DNA of 64,000 bases from an uncultured virus (IMG/VR IMGVR_UViG_3300030707_000002) (IMGVR_UViG_3300030707_000002); one strand, 5' to 3'; numbered from the stretch's first letter, positions 53,684 through 62,903 are shown. Program-made: numbers and translations. The notes: generated from the letters alone by a model not told the origin.

Positions 53684-54591
53684 AGAAAGGGAAGGCGACA
53701 GTGAGTATGAAACGAGGAGCAGAGGTCAAGGTCCTGGACCACGGGTACTTGAAACTCGCGGACTGGATGGGTAGCGACGAGAGCATCATTGAGGCCGCAC
53801 GGATGAGCACCGGGAAAGGATTCCTCGGGTGGGGACCAAACGACTGCCCTGACTGCGGACCTCTCCCATCAGAGGAGAAGATCCACCTTCATGGGACTCC
53901 GCTCGGCAAGCAGGGGTGCAAGACGTGTGGAGGCAAGGGCTACGTCCCCGGCGACGAGAAGCTCCTCCAGTTTCTCTACGAGAACCGCCACGACACGCCG
54001 TTCGAGATGGTGGAGCTGGTCATCGAGGTTCAGGCGCCCATCATGGTGTTCCGGGAATGGCACCGGCACAGAACCGCCAGCTACAACGAAATGTCCGCGC
54101 GCTACGTCCGGATGCCAAACCTCCACTACATTCCGAACGAGGAGCGCATCATCGCGGCGTCGAAGAAGCACCGCAACAAGCAGCAGGGAGGTGGCGGTGA
54201 GCTGAAGATGCCGCCGCGACACAGCGATTCTTCATGGACAGAGTCGCAGATAGCGGGATGGGTCCGTTCACGGCTCGCTCAAGAGCAGCAGTCCATCTAC
54301 GATCTGTACGAAGTGCTGCTGGGGATGGGCATCGCCCCGGAAGTCGCTCGCATCGACACGCCGGTGGCGCGCTACTCGCGGATGCGCGCGAAGACGGACC
54401 TGCGAAACTGGCTGGCGTTCCTGACGTTGCGCTCGGACGAGGCTGCACAGTGGGAGATCCGTCAATTTGCATACGCACTCGGGTACTTCATCTCACGCCT
54501 ATTCCCACGCACATGGGACCTATGGCTCAACGCGGATCGCAAGAAGCCGCAGATTGACAAGAACGGATTCATTCTCGAGGAGGCTGCGTAA
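53680..54591 (+). CDS. thyX: FAD-dependent thymidylate synthase
   Basis: AARMS, HDTPFE, REWHRHRTASYNEMSARY, APEVAR, AQWEIR. Confidence 0.95.
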   Translation: MKKGKATVSMKRGAEVKVLDHGYLKLADWMGSDESIIEAARMSTGKGFLGWGPNDCPDCGPLPSEEKIHLHGTPLGKQGCKTCGGKGYVPGDEKLLQFLYENRHDTPFEMVELVIEVQAPIMVFREWHRHRTASYNEMSARYVRMPNLHYIPNEERIIAASKKHRNKQQGGGGELKMPPRHSDSSWTESQIAGWVRSRLAQEQQSIYDLYEVLLGMGIAPEVARIDTPVARYSRMRAKTDLRNWLAFLTLRSDEAAQWEIRQFAYALGYFISRLFPRTWDLWLNADRKKPQIDKNGFILEEAA

Positions 54592-54914
54592 TGGACATCG
54601 CGACCCTGCAAACCGAAGTCAACCGCCGCTGGGGCAGCCAGGACACCAACCTGTGCCATGTCTCGGACACCAGCCACGCGCTCACCCACCTGATGAAGGC
54701 GCTTGGTGTGATAGCGTCGGCGCTCAACGACTCCGAGCACGAGCAGCGCACCCCTCGATCGGACGAAGTAGGCAAATACTTGGCCGACCTCGTCATCTGC
54801 GCTGCGCGATTTTCGAACGGCATCGTGGATCTCGACGCCGCATGCGTGGAGCGGCTCGCCAAGAAGTTTCCGGTTGTTCCGCAAGAGACCCACGAACCGC
54901 AGAGTGGAGCCTGA
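54591..54914 (+). CDS. MazG-like NTP pyrophosphohydrolase, degenerate acidic motif
   Basis: HLMKALG..A...EVGKYLADLVI...DL; GAGGAGG SD. Confidence 0.65.
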   Translation: MDIATLQTEVNRRWGSQDTNLCHVSDTSHALTHLMKALGVIASALNDSEHEQRTPRSDEVGKYLADLVICAARFSNGIVDLDAACVERLAKKFPVVPQETHEPQSGA

Positions 54915-54917
54915 CTC

Positions 54918-55355
54918 GTGGGACAACAACTCAGGCATGACCCTGCCGTGGTAGGGGGACCGTGCCGCCGGTGCGGACTCGTCTACTCTCCGAAGACCGC
55001 TTACACGCCGTGCTTCGAAGAAGGTGACACGCTCGAAACGTGGAAGGCAAGGCAGCCGATGGAGCCTGCAGAACCGACCGGCATCGACGCTGCGAAGCAG
55101 GCGGCCGTGGGATCGATTCGTCGGCTGATGTCGATCGTGGTGCTCAGCACTCCGAGCACATCGGCGACCAACCGGGAAACGGTGGCGGCCGAGGTGGTGG
55201 ACGATCTGTCCGCGCTCATCACCGCGCAGCTTCACACGATGACCGAGAGCGCATGGCAGCAGGACGACTACGCGACGGTGGTGGCCGATAGGGATCGGCT
55301 TGCCGCGCGGGTGCTGGAGCTGGAGGCCGAGCTTGCGCGACGGGGAAGTGCGTGA
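54918..55355 (+). CDS. hypothetical protein
   Basis: CRRCG motif, C-terminal coiled coil. Confidence 0.55.
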   Translation: MGQQLRHDPAVVGGPCRRCGLVYSPKTAYTPCFEEGDTLETWKARQPMEPAEPTGIDAAKQAAVGSIRRLMSIVVLSTPSTSATNRETVAAEVVDDLSALITAQLHTMTESAWQQDDYATVVADRDRLAARVLELEAELARRGSA

Positions 55356-55645
55356 TCGATACCGGGTGCCCTCATCCCGAGTCGGAGGTTGTCCTCATCG
55401 GCGATGGGCACACGCTCGTGGGCTGGTGCCCGCTCTGCGGGTCGATCTGCGACAACAACGGCGATCACGGCGCGCCGGCAGGCAAATGGCGCGCTCCGGG
55501 TGGACTGGCGCTACCTGGATGGACGTGCGCGTCGTGTGGAGGGATGAACGGATCCGCGAAAGAATTGCTAACGGAGTGCCGCGGGTGCGGACATCCTCGT
55601 GATACACAACGGTTGACAGGCGGTAGTTCGAACGATAGGGATTGA
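55352..55645 (+). CDS. double zinc-finger protein (RanBP2-like W.C..C...N...C..C)
   Basis: CPH...WCPLCGS; WTCASCG..N...CRGCG. Confidence 0.6.
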   Translation: MIDTGCPHPESEVVLIGDGHTLVGWCPLCGSICDNNGDHGAPAGKWRAPGGLALPGWTCASCGGMNGSAKELLTECRGCGHPRDTQRLTGGSSNDRD

Positions 55646-55663
55646 ATAAACGGAGGAAGTTCT

Positions 55664-55936
55664 ATGGACGAAAAGGAAATATGGCTGCGGCTCGTGTGTT
55701 CAGCCGCAGAGAGCTACGAGGTGCCTGCCGATTTCGACGGCGACACGGACGATCTGATCAACGACATTGCCGATGTCGCCGAGGGATTCGCCGACGAGAT
55801 TCTTGACCGGTTCGAGGACAAGTTTGGCCCCCTCCAGGAGGGAGGTCGTCGTCCCCCCAAGCGCAAGCGGGGTGATGGTGGGAGCAGGGGGAGGGGTAGG
55901 GCTCGAGGAGGGGAGACGCCGCCGGCGGACGACTGA
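55664..55936 (+). CDS. small acidic protein with basic tail
   Basis: GGAGG SD; TTGACA at 55613 may be a promoter. Confidence 0.7.
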   Translation: MDEKEIWLRLVCSAAESYEVPADFDGDTDDLINDIADVAEGFADEILDRFEDKFGPLQEGGRRPPKRKRGDGGSRGRGRARGGETPPADD

Positions 55937-56199
55937 TGCCCATTCCTGACTGGCTCACGGTCGGCGCGCTCGTCACGCTGCCCGACCTGGACACCCGCAC
56001 GGCCAAACACGGTCACCGCTACCGCGTCGTCCACGTCGAGTCCTCGCCGCAGCATGTGGCGACGGGCATCGAGGTGGGCGTGCAACCGGTCGACGCACCA
56101 GAGTACAAGCGGCCCAAATGCGTCGATATGGCCCACTGCATGCGGTGGGTGGACTCGGACAACGCACCCGACGGTCGACTTCCGAGGATCCTAGCATGA
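55936..56199 (+). CDS. hypothetical protein
   Basis: TGATG coupling. Confidence 0.55.
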   Translation: MPIPDWLTVGALVTLPDLDTRTAKHGHRYRVVHVESSPQHVATGIEVGVQPVDAPEYKRPKCVDMAHCMRWVDSDNAPDGRLPRILA

Positions 56200-56822
56200 G
56201 CACACTCGACCTGATCCAGGAGGCCCGCAAGCTGCCGAGGACGATCGATCGGTTGATCGACGCGCTGGAATCGGCGCAAGCGCGATGCGAGACGGCCTGG
56301 GAGAAGGTTCGCGAGATCAACGCGGACCGGAACAAGGCTGTGGAAATGTTTCACGCGGAGGTCCGCAAGGTCATTGCCGACACGAGGGATGCGCTCGGCA
56401 TCACTGAGGCGCAGGGCATCCGGGAAGAGGCGCTGAAGCTACGCTCCCGCAACGCGCTGCTCGAGGACGTGGCAAAAGCGGCGCGATTGTTCCTTCCGTG
56501 CGACGGGTCGTGCGCGACGTGCGTGCAGGCGAGTCAACCGTGCGTTCGTGCGCGGCTGACGCGGGCCTTCGCCGACTTCGATGCGGCGGCGGCCGCCTGG
56601 GAGCAGTACCATCGACCAGTCCTCGCCGAACCGAACGATGCGCGGATACTGGAATTGGCTGAGGACATCCTCGAATTGCAGCGTCGGATCGACGGTCTGG
56701 ACGATCCGAAAGGGAAGGTTGACGACCGCAACACGCTTCACGCGCTCATGTCCCAGCAAGCCACTGCGGCTCCAGTTGTCGCTCGATGGGTTCAAGCAAG
56801 GTTGAGGGCGATCTTGCCATGA
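56196..56822 (+). CDS. coiled-coil hypothetical protein
   Basis: GAGGA SD, coupled. Confidence 0.65.
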   Translation: MSTLDLIQEARKLPRTIDRLIDALESAQARCETAWEKVREINADRNKAVEMFHAEVRKVIADTRDALGITEAQGIREEALKLRSRNALLEDVAKAARLFLPCDGSCATCVQASQPCVRARLTRAFADFDAAAAAWEQYHRPVLAEPNDARILELAEDILELQRRIDGLDDPKGKVDDRNTLHALMSQQATAAPVVARWVQARLRAILP

Positions 56823-57010
56823 AGGCGCGGTGCTGCCAGCAGTGCGGCCGGCGACCGAGCGAGTCGGAGCGGACGGTCATCAAGCGGCAGGTTGCGAAGA
56901 GCGGCCGCATGAAGCCGAACGGGTGGCTCTGCACCCGGTGCCGACCTGCCGGTTACCCTGTCGACGGGCTCTGCTACCGCGTGCTCACGGTTGGAGGAGC
57001 GTCGCAATGA
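56819..57010 (+). CDS. small zinc-finger protein
   Basis: CQQC...WLCTRC. Confidence 0.55.
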   Translation: MKARCCQQCGRRPSESERTVIKRQVAKSGRMKPNGWLCTRCRPAGYPVDGLCYRVLTVGGASQ

Positions 57011-57081
57011 CTCGCGCATACACGGGGCGTCGGGCGTCTGGCCGACGTAGGCTGTCGCGTGAAGCGGAAAGAGGAGCGATT

Positions 57082-57417
57082 ATGGACGTCGTGCAAAAAG
57101 TGAGGGACCTGTCGAAGCTGGCGTTCGAGGAGCGCGGGAACGTCAACGAGCGGCTGGAGGCCGCCGTCGCGGCGCTCCGACTCGTCGACTCGTACTTACT
57201 GCCAAAGGGCAAAAAGAAGATCGATGTCGCGGCCGACATCGCCAACAAGATCATGAACCCCGACTTCGTGGAGGGGGTCGCCATCCAAGCCGAGAAGATT
57301 GCGGACGGTTTCGATCGCATCCTCGGGAGCGGTAAGAGGGTGCTGGATCGTTTTACGCAGAGTGCTGGAGAGGGTCGCGGCCGCAGAGGTGGCAAGCGGA
57401 AGTACGGCGGCCGCTAA
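57082..57417 (+). CDS. hypothetical protein, DUF2786-like N-terminus
   Basis: KVRDLSKLA......NE...A...A..L; GAGGAG SD. Confidence 0.6.
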   Translation: MDVVQKVRDLSKLAFEERGNVNERLEAAVAALRLVDSYLLPKGKKKIDVAADIANKIMNPDFVEGVAIQAEKIADGFDRILGSGKRVLDRFTQSAGEGRGRRGGKRKYGGR

Positions 57418-58781
57418 TGAGCACGCGGCTCGATCTCGCCCTGCAGAAGTTTCCCGAACACGAGGACGGGATCCGGCTGCTCGCCGAGCGCGACCCGTCT
57501 GGGAACTTCAAGTACCTCGATTGGGGCGCGAGGATGCTGGCGGCCGGGCAGGCGCTCGCGCCTGAGGTTGCCGACGTCCTCGACCTCTTCCACCGGTTCA
57601 GCGGGCAGTGGGTCGGCAGAGCGCGGCACGGACGGCGCCAGCTTCCGCGCGACCGGATCCGCTCCGACCTCTACACGTACCGACCGCAGGACTTCGCGAC
57701 TTTCCGCGACGCCCTCTTCAAGATCCGGCGAGCGCAGGACAAGAAGCGGCGCGAACGCGAACGGCTCTACCGCATCGAGGGATCGGTTGAGGCCGTCGTC
57801 GTCTACGACTCGCCGGACCTCATCGTCCGGCACATCCAGAACAAGCAGGCCAGTGTCCACTACGGCGGAGCCACGAAGTGGTGCATCTCGATGCTCCGCG
57901 AGGGGTACTTCGAGGACTACGAAGCACACAACGCCACCTTCTTCTTCTTCGAGCGCAAGACGCCGGTGGGCGACGAGTTCGACAAGGTGGCCTTGATGAT
58001 CCCCCGCAGTCGAGACCAAGGGTACTGGGCGGCGAATGTCGCGGTATTCAACTCGCTCGACCTGCAGGTGGACATGATGGGACTCGCCCGGGTGTACGGG
58101 GTGCGCGTGTTCGACATCTTCCGGATGATCCACGAGTGCAGCGAGCAGTACCCTGGTTCCGCGATCTTCCACGTCTACGCGGGCAGCGCTACGAGCGATC
58201 AACTGGAAGCGGTCGTTACGGACCTCGTCCAGGGCAAGTTGAAGAAGTCCGTGAGTCCATACGAGATCGGTCCGATGCTGGAGGCCATCTGCTGCAACGA
58301 CGCGGCATCGCCGGCGCTGTTGGAGGGGATCGCTCGGGAGGCCGTCGCGCTATTCACCGCAGCGTGGAAGCTCCCCAACCGCCGTCGGAGGATGGGGAGA
58401 AACAGACGGGGCGGCGACCGCGTCAAGGAGCTGTGGCGCACCGTCGCGGCGGCCCTCGTGACCCACCCGCAGACACCGACGGACCTCCGCGAGAGGCTCG
58501 TCAAAGACTTGCGACGGCGGCACGTCCGCATCGACCAGATCCACCGAGAGAGCGACAGGGGTCGGATCGGGGTGACGTGGGACTCGCCGGGGATCCGGCT
58601 CGGTCGGCATCGTCGTGTTCGTTTTCGCAAAAGACGGAGAGAGACACCATCCTGGCTTCGCCAGTACGCGCGAAAACTCGACGGGATGGCTGCTCGGGTA
58701 CGCAAGCGGCTCAAGAAGGTGGAGCAGAAGTTGGCAGCCAAGAAGCAGAAGTTGAAGAAGAAGCAGAGGAAACGAAAATGA
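57417..58781 (+). CDS. 454-aa protein with S..YG..TKWCI motif and very basic C-terminus
   Basis: DPSGN.KYL.W, YGGATKWCISM...YF..Y. Confidence 0.8.
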   Translation: MSTRLDLALQKFPEHEDGIRLLAERDPSGNFKYLDWGARMLAAGQALAPEVADVLDLFHRFSGQWVGRARHGRRQLPRDRIRSDLYTYRPQDFATFRDALFKIRRAQDKKRRERERLYRIEGSVEAVVVYDSPDLIVRHIQNKQASVHYGGATKWCISMLREGYFEDYEAHNATFFFFERKTPVGDEFDKVALMIPRSRDQGYWAANVAVFNSLDLQVDMMGLARVYGVRVFDIFRMIHECSEQYPGSAIFHVYAGSATSDQLEAVVTDLVQGKLKKSVSPYEIGPMLEAICCNDAASPALLEGIAREAVALFTAAWKLPNRRRRMGRNRRGGDRVKELWRTVAAALVTHPQTPTDLRERLVKDLRRRHVRIDQIHRESDRGRIGVTWDSPGIRLGRHRRVRFRKRRRETPSWLRQYARKLDGMAARVRKRLKKVEQKLAAKKQKLKKKQRKRK

Positions 58782-59458
58782 ACACTCCCCCCGAGCTACC
58801 GCCGGCTCGCACCGAACCGGCGCCACCACCCAAAACTCACCCTGTCGACATTGCACTCGCGGCGCTCAGCGAGGTGGCGGCGGAGCTGCTCGCCAGTGGC
58901 AGGACGAGCCGGTTCGCGGAGGCTCAGCAGGTCATGGTCGTCGCGGGCTACGTGCAGCGGCTCCGGGTGCCGCTCGCCGTCGACGACGTGGACGCCATCT
59001 ACGGGGACCGTGACGACGACGTCGTTGGACAGCCGATGATGATGCGAAACCCAGTCGCCATTCGTCACCACCAACGCTTCAACGACGGCGCCGACTTGAA
59101 CCGTGAGCTCATCATGCTCGCGCAGAGCTTTCTCACGCAGTACGTGGAGGCCGAGAAAAAGAAGGCGTCCAAGCCCGACCCCGACGTCCGCCTGAACGAA
59201 GTGACGGAGCTTGCGGAGCTGTTCGAGCTCCGCCTCAAACTCGCGCTCGCGGACCAGCCGGTTCCGGGCGAGATCACGATTCGCATCGACCACCTCCTCA
59301 AACGAATTGGAGCATCACCCCATGAACCTGAATCAGATTCCGTTCTTTCTGCCGAGCCTGTACGGCGACATCCGCTTGACGGCGCAAGCGAACCAGACGG
59401 AGGTCGAGTGGGAGAACCTCTCGCCGAGCGAGCGGGAGGCGATTTCGCTGCTGGGTAA
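58778..59458 (+). CDS. hypothetical protein overlapping the next gene by 137 nt
   Basis: GAGGA SD, ATGA coupling. Confidence 0.6.
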   Translation: MNTPPELPPARTEPAPPPKTHPVDIALAALSEVAAELLASGRTSRFAEAQQVMVVAGYVQRLRVPLAVDDVDAIYGDRDDDVVGQPMMMRNPVAIRHHQRFNDGADLNRELIMLAQSFLTQYVEAEKKKASKPDPDVRLNEVTELAELFELRLKLALADQPVPGEITIRIDHLLKRIGASPHEPESDSVLSAEPVRRHPLDGASEPDGGRVGEPLAERAGGDFAAG

Positions 59459-60047
59459 GAAGTTCGACCTCGACACCTCGACCCAGGTTGGCAAGATCGT
59501 CGTTCCGAAGCCCATCGGTAAGGTGGAGGCTGTGCTCTCCAAGGCAATGAAGCGCGGCCGCAAGCTGCTTTCGGCGGTCGTTTTCCAGAACGGCCGCATC
59601 GAGGAGATTCACCGCACGGCGGACGGGGAGGTGCAGCAGGCTCCATATCGGGAGCCGGCCAGGGACATCGTCAAGGCCGCTGTCACCGTGGCGCAACCGG
59701 CACTCTCGTGCCCCGTGCCCGAGTTCGAACGCGCCGACGTCCGTGCGACGCGCGTCCTACGGGCGTTTCTGACGCAGCAGCAGCTCGCCGACTTCGAGAA
59801 GACGCAGAGCTTCCTCGTCACGGGGGCCGACTCGGGGCACCGGTACGTGCTGACGAGCCGGCAGGCTTCGTTCGAGCGGCTGGCGAAGGTCGGCGGCCGC
59901 AGCGTGTTCGACGTCAACCGAGGGCACGCCGTCTGCGTGCACGACTGGGTGGTGCCGGCGTCGGAGGAGCTTCTGGAACTGAAGCTGTTTCTGGAGCTCG
60001 AGGGCCACGAGGCGTACGTGAGTCAGATGCCTCTCGAGTTGCACTAG
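59322..60047 (+). CDS. hypothetical protein
   Basis: A..VL..FLT..Q...F....F.VTG..SG.RY...VCVH; GGAG SD. Confidence 0.75.
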   Translation: MNLNQIPFFLPSLYGDIRLTAQANQTEVEWENLSPSEREAISLLGKKFDLDTSTQVGKIVVPKPIGKVEAVLSKAMKRGRKLLSAVVFQNGRIEEIHRTADGEVQQAPYREPARDIVKAAVTVAQPALSCPVPEFERADVRATRVLRAFLTQQQLADFEKTQSFLVTGADSGHRYVLTSRQASFERLAKVGGRSVFDVNRGHAVCVHDWVVPASEELLELKLFLELEGHEAYVSQMPLELH

Positions 60048-60058
60048 GAGTGCCGGAT

Positions 60059-60391
60059 ATGAACAACGAACCGCAGGTCGAGAACCCGAACCAGGTCACC
60101 ATGAGCAAGGGTCGGCTCCGGACGCAGGTCCGCGAGCTGGAGCTCGAGATCGTTTGGCTCAAGGACGCCCCGCTCCGACGCGAGGCGGAACGGTTGCGCG
60201 TGCAAAACGATCGGCTTCAGGCGCGCTGCGTGGCTATCGAGGAGCAGGCGCTGGCAGATGGCGATGCGCCAGGCAGTCCAGAAGCGCGAGAAGCGCTCAT
60301 TGAGCGACGGCTGATCGAGTGGATACCCGGAAAGTCCGGCCTTCGACTCACGGCGGCAGGGGTCAAGGCGCTTCGAGAGAGACATAAATGA
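60059..60391 (+). CDS. coiled coil plus winged-helix-like tail
   Basis: AGGAG SD; L.ERRLI...LTAAG..AL. Confidence 0.6.
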   Translation: MNNEPQVENPNQVTMSKGRLRTQVRELELEIVWLKDAPLRREAERLRVQNDRLQARCVAIEEQALADGDAPGSPEAREALIERRLIEWIPGKSGLRLTAAGVKALRERHK

Positions 60392-60612
60392 ATGCGCGCG
60401 CGGCACTCCTAGCAGCCATCTTCGTCGTTGGGTGTGACCGTCATCCGAGTTTGCCGATTTGCATCCCATACCCACCACCTGGCGTATACAAGGCCCGTAC
60501 GTGGGCAGAACTAGGGACTCGATTCCCGGAGCAGTGGGTGATTTGTCGTCCAGCAAGGGCGGAACAGGCGGACGAGTTGACCGTTTGGATTTCCCAGTCA
60601 GGAGACAGATGA
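60388..60612 (+). CDS. small putative lipoprotein
   Basis: MNARAALLAAIFVVGC lipobox-like. Confidence 0.55.
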   Translation: MNARAALLAAIFVVGCDRHPSLPICIPYPPPGVYKARTWAELGTRFPEQWVICRPARAEQADELTVWISQSGDR

Positions 60613-60797
60613 ATCTGCGCGCGACCTCGAAACGGCGTCGGGTGACCGCGACCCTCGACAAGACCCACCGGGAGCACTTCCTACAGGTGAGGCGCTACGT
60701 CGTAGGCTTATGCGGTCGCGTGTCGGACGCCGAGGTCATGCGCTTTGCGATTCGGACTGCTCTGATGGATCTGCAACAACGCGGAGAGACGAAGTGA
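60609..60797 (+). CDS. RHH-like small protein
   Basis: RVTATLD...SDAEVMRFAIR. Confidence 0.6.
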   Translation: MNLRATSKRRRVTATLDKTHREHFLQVRRYVVGLCGRVSDAEVMRFAIRTALMDLQQRGETK

Positions 60798-60982
60798 CGA
60801 ATCTGCGCGCGCTCCAGATTCCTTACCTCTTACAGAGGTGGGCACATCGAAAGTCAGGTCGGGTTGTGCGCATTGAGGGCACCTCTCCTGCACGGATCGA
60901 GTACAGGTATATTGGGTCGCGAAATGTGGTGTTTCTGAACCGGGAAAGGTTTGGACGGTTGTTCAAATACGTGGGCGGTTGA
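60794..60982 (+). CDS. small beta-rich hypothetical protein
   Basis: RW.H.KSGR.V.I...F...FK; bracketed by imperfect direct repeats. Confidence 0.6.
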   Translation: MTNLRALQIPYLLQRWAHRKSGRVVRIEGTSPARIEYRYIGSRNVVFLNRERFGRLFKYVGG

Positions 60983-60983
60983 A

Positions 60984-61679
60984 GTGACGATTTTGCGCTC
61001 GTCACAACCCACGACCGTTGCAGCGCTTTTCGTCGCCAAGGGCGGTGCCTACTTTGGTGTCGACGGCGTCGACCCGTGGGACGTCGAGATGGACGCGCGC
61101 AAGTACGTCGGGCCGTATCCGGTCGTGGCGCACCCGCCGTGCGAGCGGTGGGGTCGGTACTGGGGCGGCGGGCCGAGCGCGAAGACGCCGCGCAAGCTCG
61201 GCGACGACGGGGGGTGCTTCGCGTCGGCGCTGGCGTCGGTTCGTCGGTGGGGCGGGGTCCTAGAGCACCCCGAGGCAAGCCACGCCTTCGCAGCTCACGG
61301 CATCGCCACGCCAAAGTGGCGCGAGGGCTGGACCTACGCTCGGGACGGACACGGGTACGTGTGCTGCGTTGCTCAGGGAAACTACGGGCACCGAGCACGT
61401 AAGCTGACGTGGCTGTACGCCGCCCGAGTGCCGCTCTTCGCTGGCGAGTGCCGTCTCTTCGAGCTCGACTGGACCATCCCGGCGCCGCGGTCTCGTCTCG
61501 ACTATGGGTTCCACTCGGCCGAGGAGCGACGCCTTCGTGGACATCTCGTCACCCCGCGCGTGAAACCGACCAGGCTCCGCACCGGGGAGAACTTGGCAAC
61601 GCCGTTGGCGTTCCGAGACGTCCTGATCGACCTCGCGCGCATGACGGCAGGCGACACAAAACAGCGGGTGGCAGAGTGA
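60984..61679 (+). CDS. minimal DNA cytosine-5 methyltransferase-like protein
   Basis: AALF, DARKY, AHPPC (motif IV), LEHP (VI-like), Q..YGH...K.TW (VIII-like). Confidence 0.7.
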   Translation: MTILRSSQPTTVAALFVAKGGAYFGVDGVDPWDVEMDARKYVGPYPVVAHPPCERWGRYWGGGPSAKTPRKLGDDGGCFASALASVRRWGGVLEHPEASHAFAAHGIATPKWREGWTYARDGHGYVCCVAQGNYGHRARKLTWLYAARVPLFAGECRLFELDWTIPAPRSRLDYGFHSAEERRLRGHLVTPRVKPTRLRTGENLATPLAFRDVLIDLARMTAGDTKQRVAE

Positions 61680-61716
61680 CGACCATGCGCGCTTCGCAGG
61701 ACGACACGAAGGAGAC

Positions 61717-61863
61717 GTGACGATGATCACTCCGTACAACGATGGCGACATACGAGACCTGCGGTCGTGGGCGAAAGCTTTCCCGACCGCCAGTGGTGCG
61801 AGCGAGGTAGCGGCGTGGGTCGCCACCTACGACGAGCAACAGGCGCGAACAAGCCGGACGTGA
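61717..61863 (+). CDS. small hypothetical protein
   Basis: AAGGAG SD. Confidence 0.45.
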   Translation: MTMITPYNDGDIRDLRSWAKAFPTASGASEVAAWVATYDEQQARTSRT

Positions 61864-61867
61864 AACC

Positions 61868-62194
61868 TTGAGCACCATGTACGAGTGTAGGGCGCCTGGC
61901 TGCCAAGCAGGCGTTGTATCGCACGCAGACCACGGCCCCGAGTTCTTCTGCCGTACGGCGGGGATGAACGAGCACTTTCGTCGCAACGACGGCAGCGCGT
62001 TTGTCCCGGACGAATGCTCGCCTGGATGCCACTGCCTGGATGATGGTGATTTCTTCCACGACGCGATCTGCGCTGGCAGACTCGCGAAACGCGAGCGCGC
62101 GCGGCCAGGACCCGTCCACCACTGGGACGAGTGGTGGCGCGCGTTCCTTGAGCACGTATCCAAACACGGCACCGGCTACGGCGGATCTTATTGA
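61868..62194 (+). CDS. Cys/His-rich hypothetical protein
   Basis: 108 aa. Confidence 0.55.
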   Translation: MSTMYECRAPGCQAGVVSHADHGPEFFCRTAGMNEHFRRNDGSAFVPDECSPGCHCLDDGDFFHDAICAGRLAKRERARPGPVHHWDEWWRAFLEHVSKHGTGYGGSY

Positions 62195-62223
62195 TTTGTG
62201 CCGGACAAATCTCAAGAGGTACC

Positions 62224-62886
62224 ATGAAGGTCAAAGCACTGATCGAGAAGCTCCAGAAACTTGAATCCGCCGAAGACTGCGAGGTGTTCGTGATCATCCG
62301 CAACGGCGTGAACCTCGACCCCCTATTCATCACGACCGACCGCAGCGACGTGTACGTCTCTGCCATCGACCTCGTCGGCCGCTGCGTCGTGTTCGACACC
62401 GCGAACGAGGTGATTGAGGCAGCCCGCATTCCACCGTGCGACCTATGCGGACGAGTACAGGTCGTGAGCGGTGCTGTACTCTGGAGCGCACCGAACACGA
62501 TGGGTCTGTGCGCGAAGTCTCACGTGTGCATCTTGTGCTACTCACGCATCATCATGTTTGGGCCCGCATCCTCCGCGTTCTGCGGGACGGGAGGTCTCGG
62601 TACGCCCTGGAAGCCTGGCGAGCCTGACGGATGCGGGGAGCCGGTGTTTTTCGATCGGCTATTCCCAGATGTTCGCCACACGGCAATTCGATGTGTCGAT
62701 TGCTTTGCTGTTTTCTGCGTGGAGTGTGCAAAGTTGCACTTCAGTACGGGACAAGGGGCCGTCGTCATGGCGGCCCGAGCCATGACCGACAGGTGGAAGC
62801 GTGGAAGACTTGGAGGTGAGAGGGCTGATGTACTAGAGCGAAAGCTGGAGCAAGCGGTGGACGGAATATGCGGGAGACCTCGGTAA
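62224..62886 (+). CDS. mosaic multi-zinc-finger protein
   Basis: GAGGT SD; MKVK.LIEKLQ head, CxxC modules, CVDC...FC..C...HF. Confidence 0.65.
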   Translation: MKVKALIEKLQKLESAEDCEVFVIIRNGVNLDPLFITTDRSDVYVSAIDLVGRCVVFDTANEVIEAARIPPCDLCGRVQVVSGAVLWSAPNTMGLCAKSHVCILCYSRIIMFGPASSAFCGTGGLGTPWKPGEPDGCGEPVFFDRLFPDVRHTAIRCVDCFAVFCVECAKLHFSTGQGAVVMAARAMTDRWKRGRLGGERADVLERKLEQAVDGICGRPR

Positions 62887-62903
62887 ACATTTTGCGAGCG
62901 CGC

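Noticed and set aside
55613..55641. Promoter TTGACA-17-TAGGGA
   Set aside because: Perfect -35 but the -10 lacks the conserved final T; too weak to list as a separate feature.
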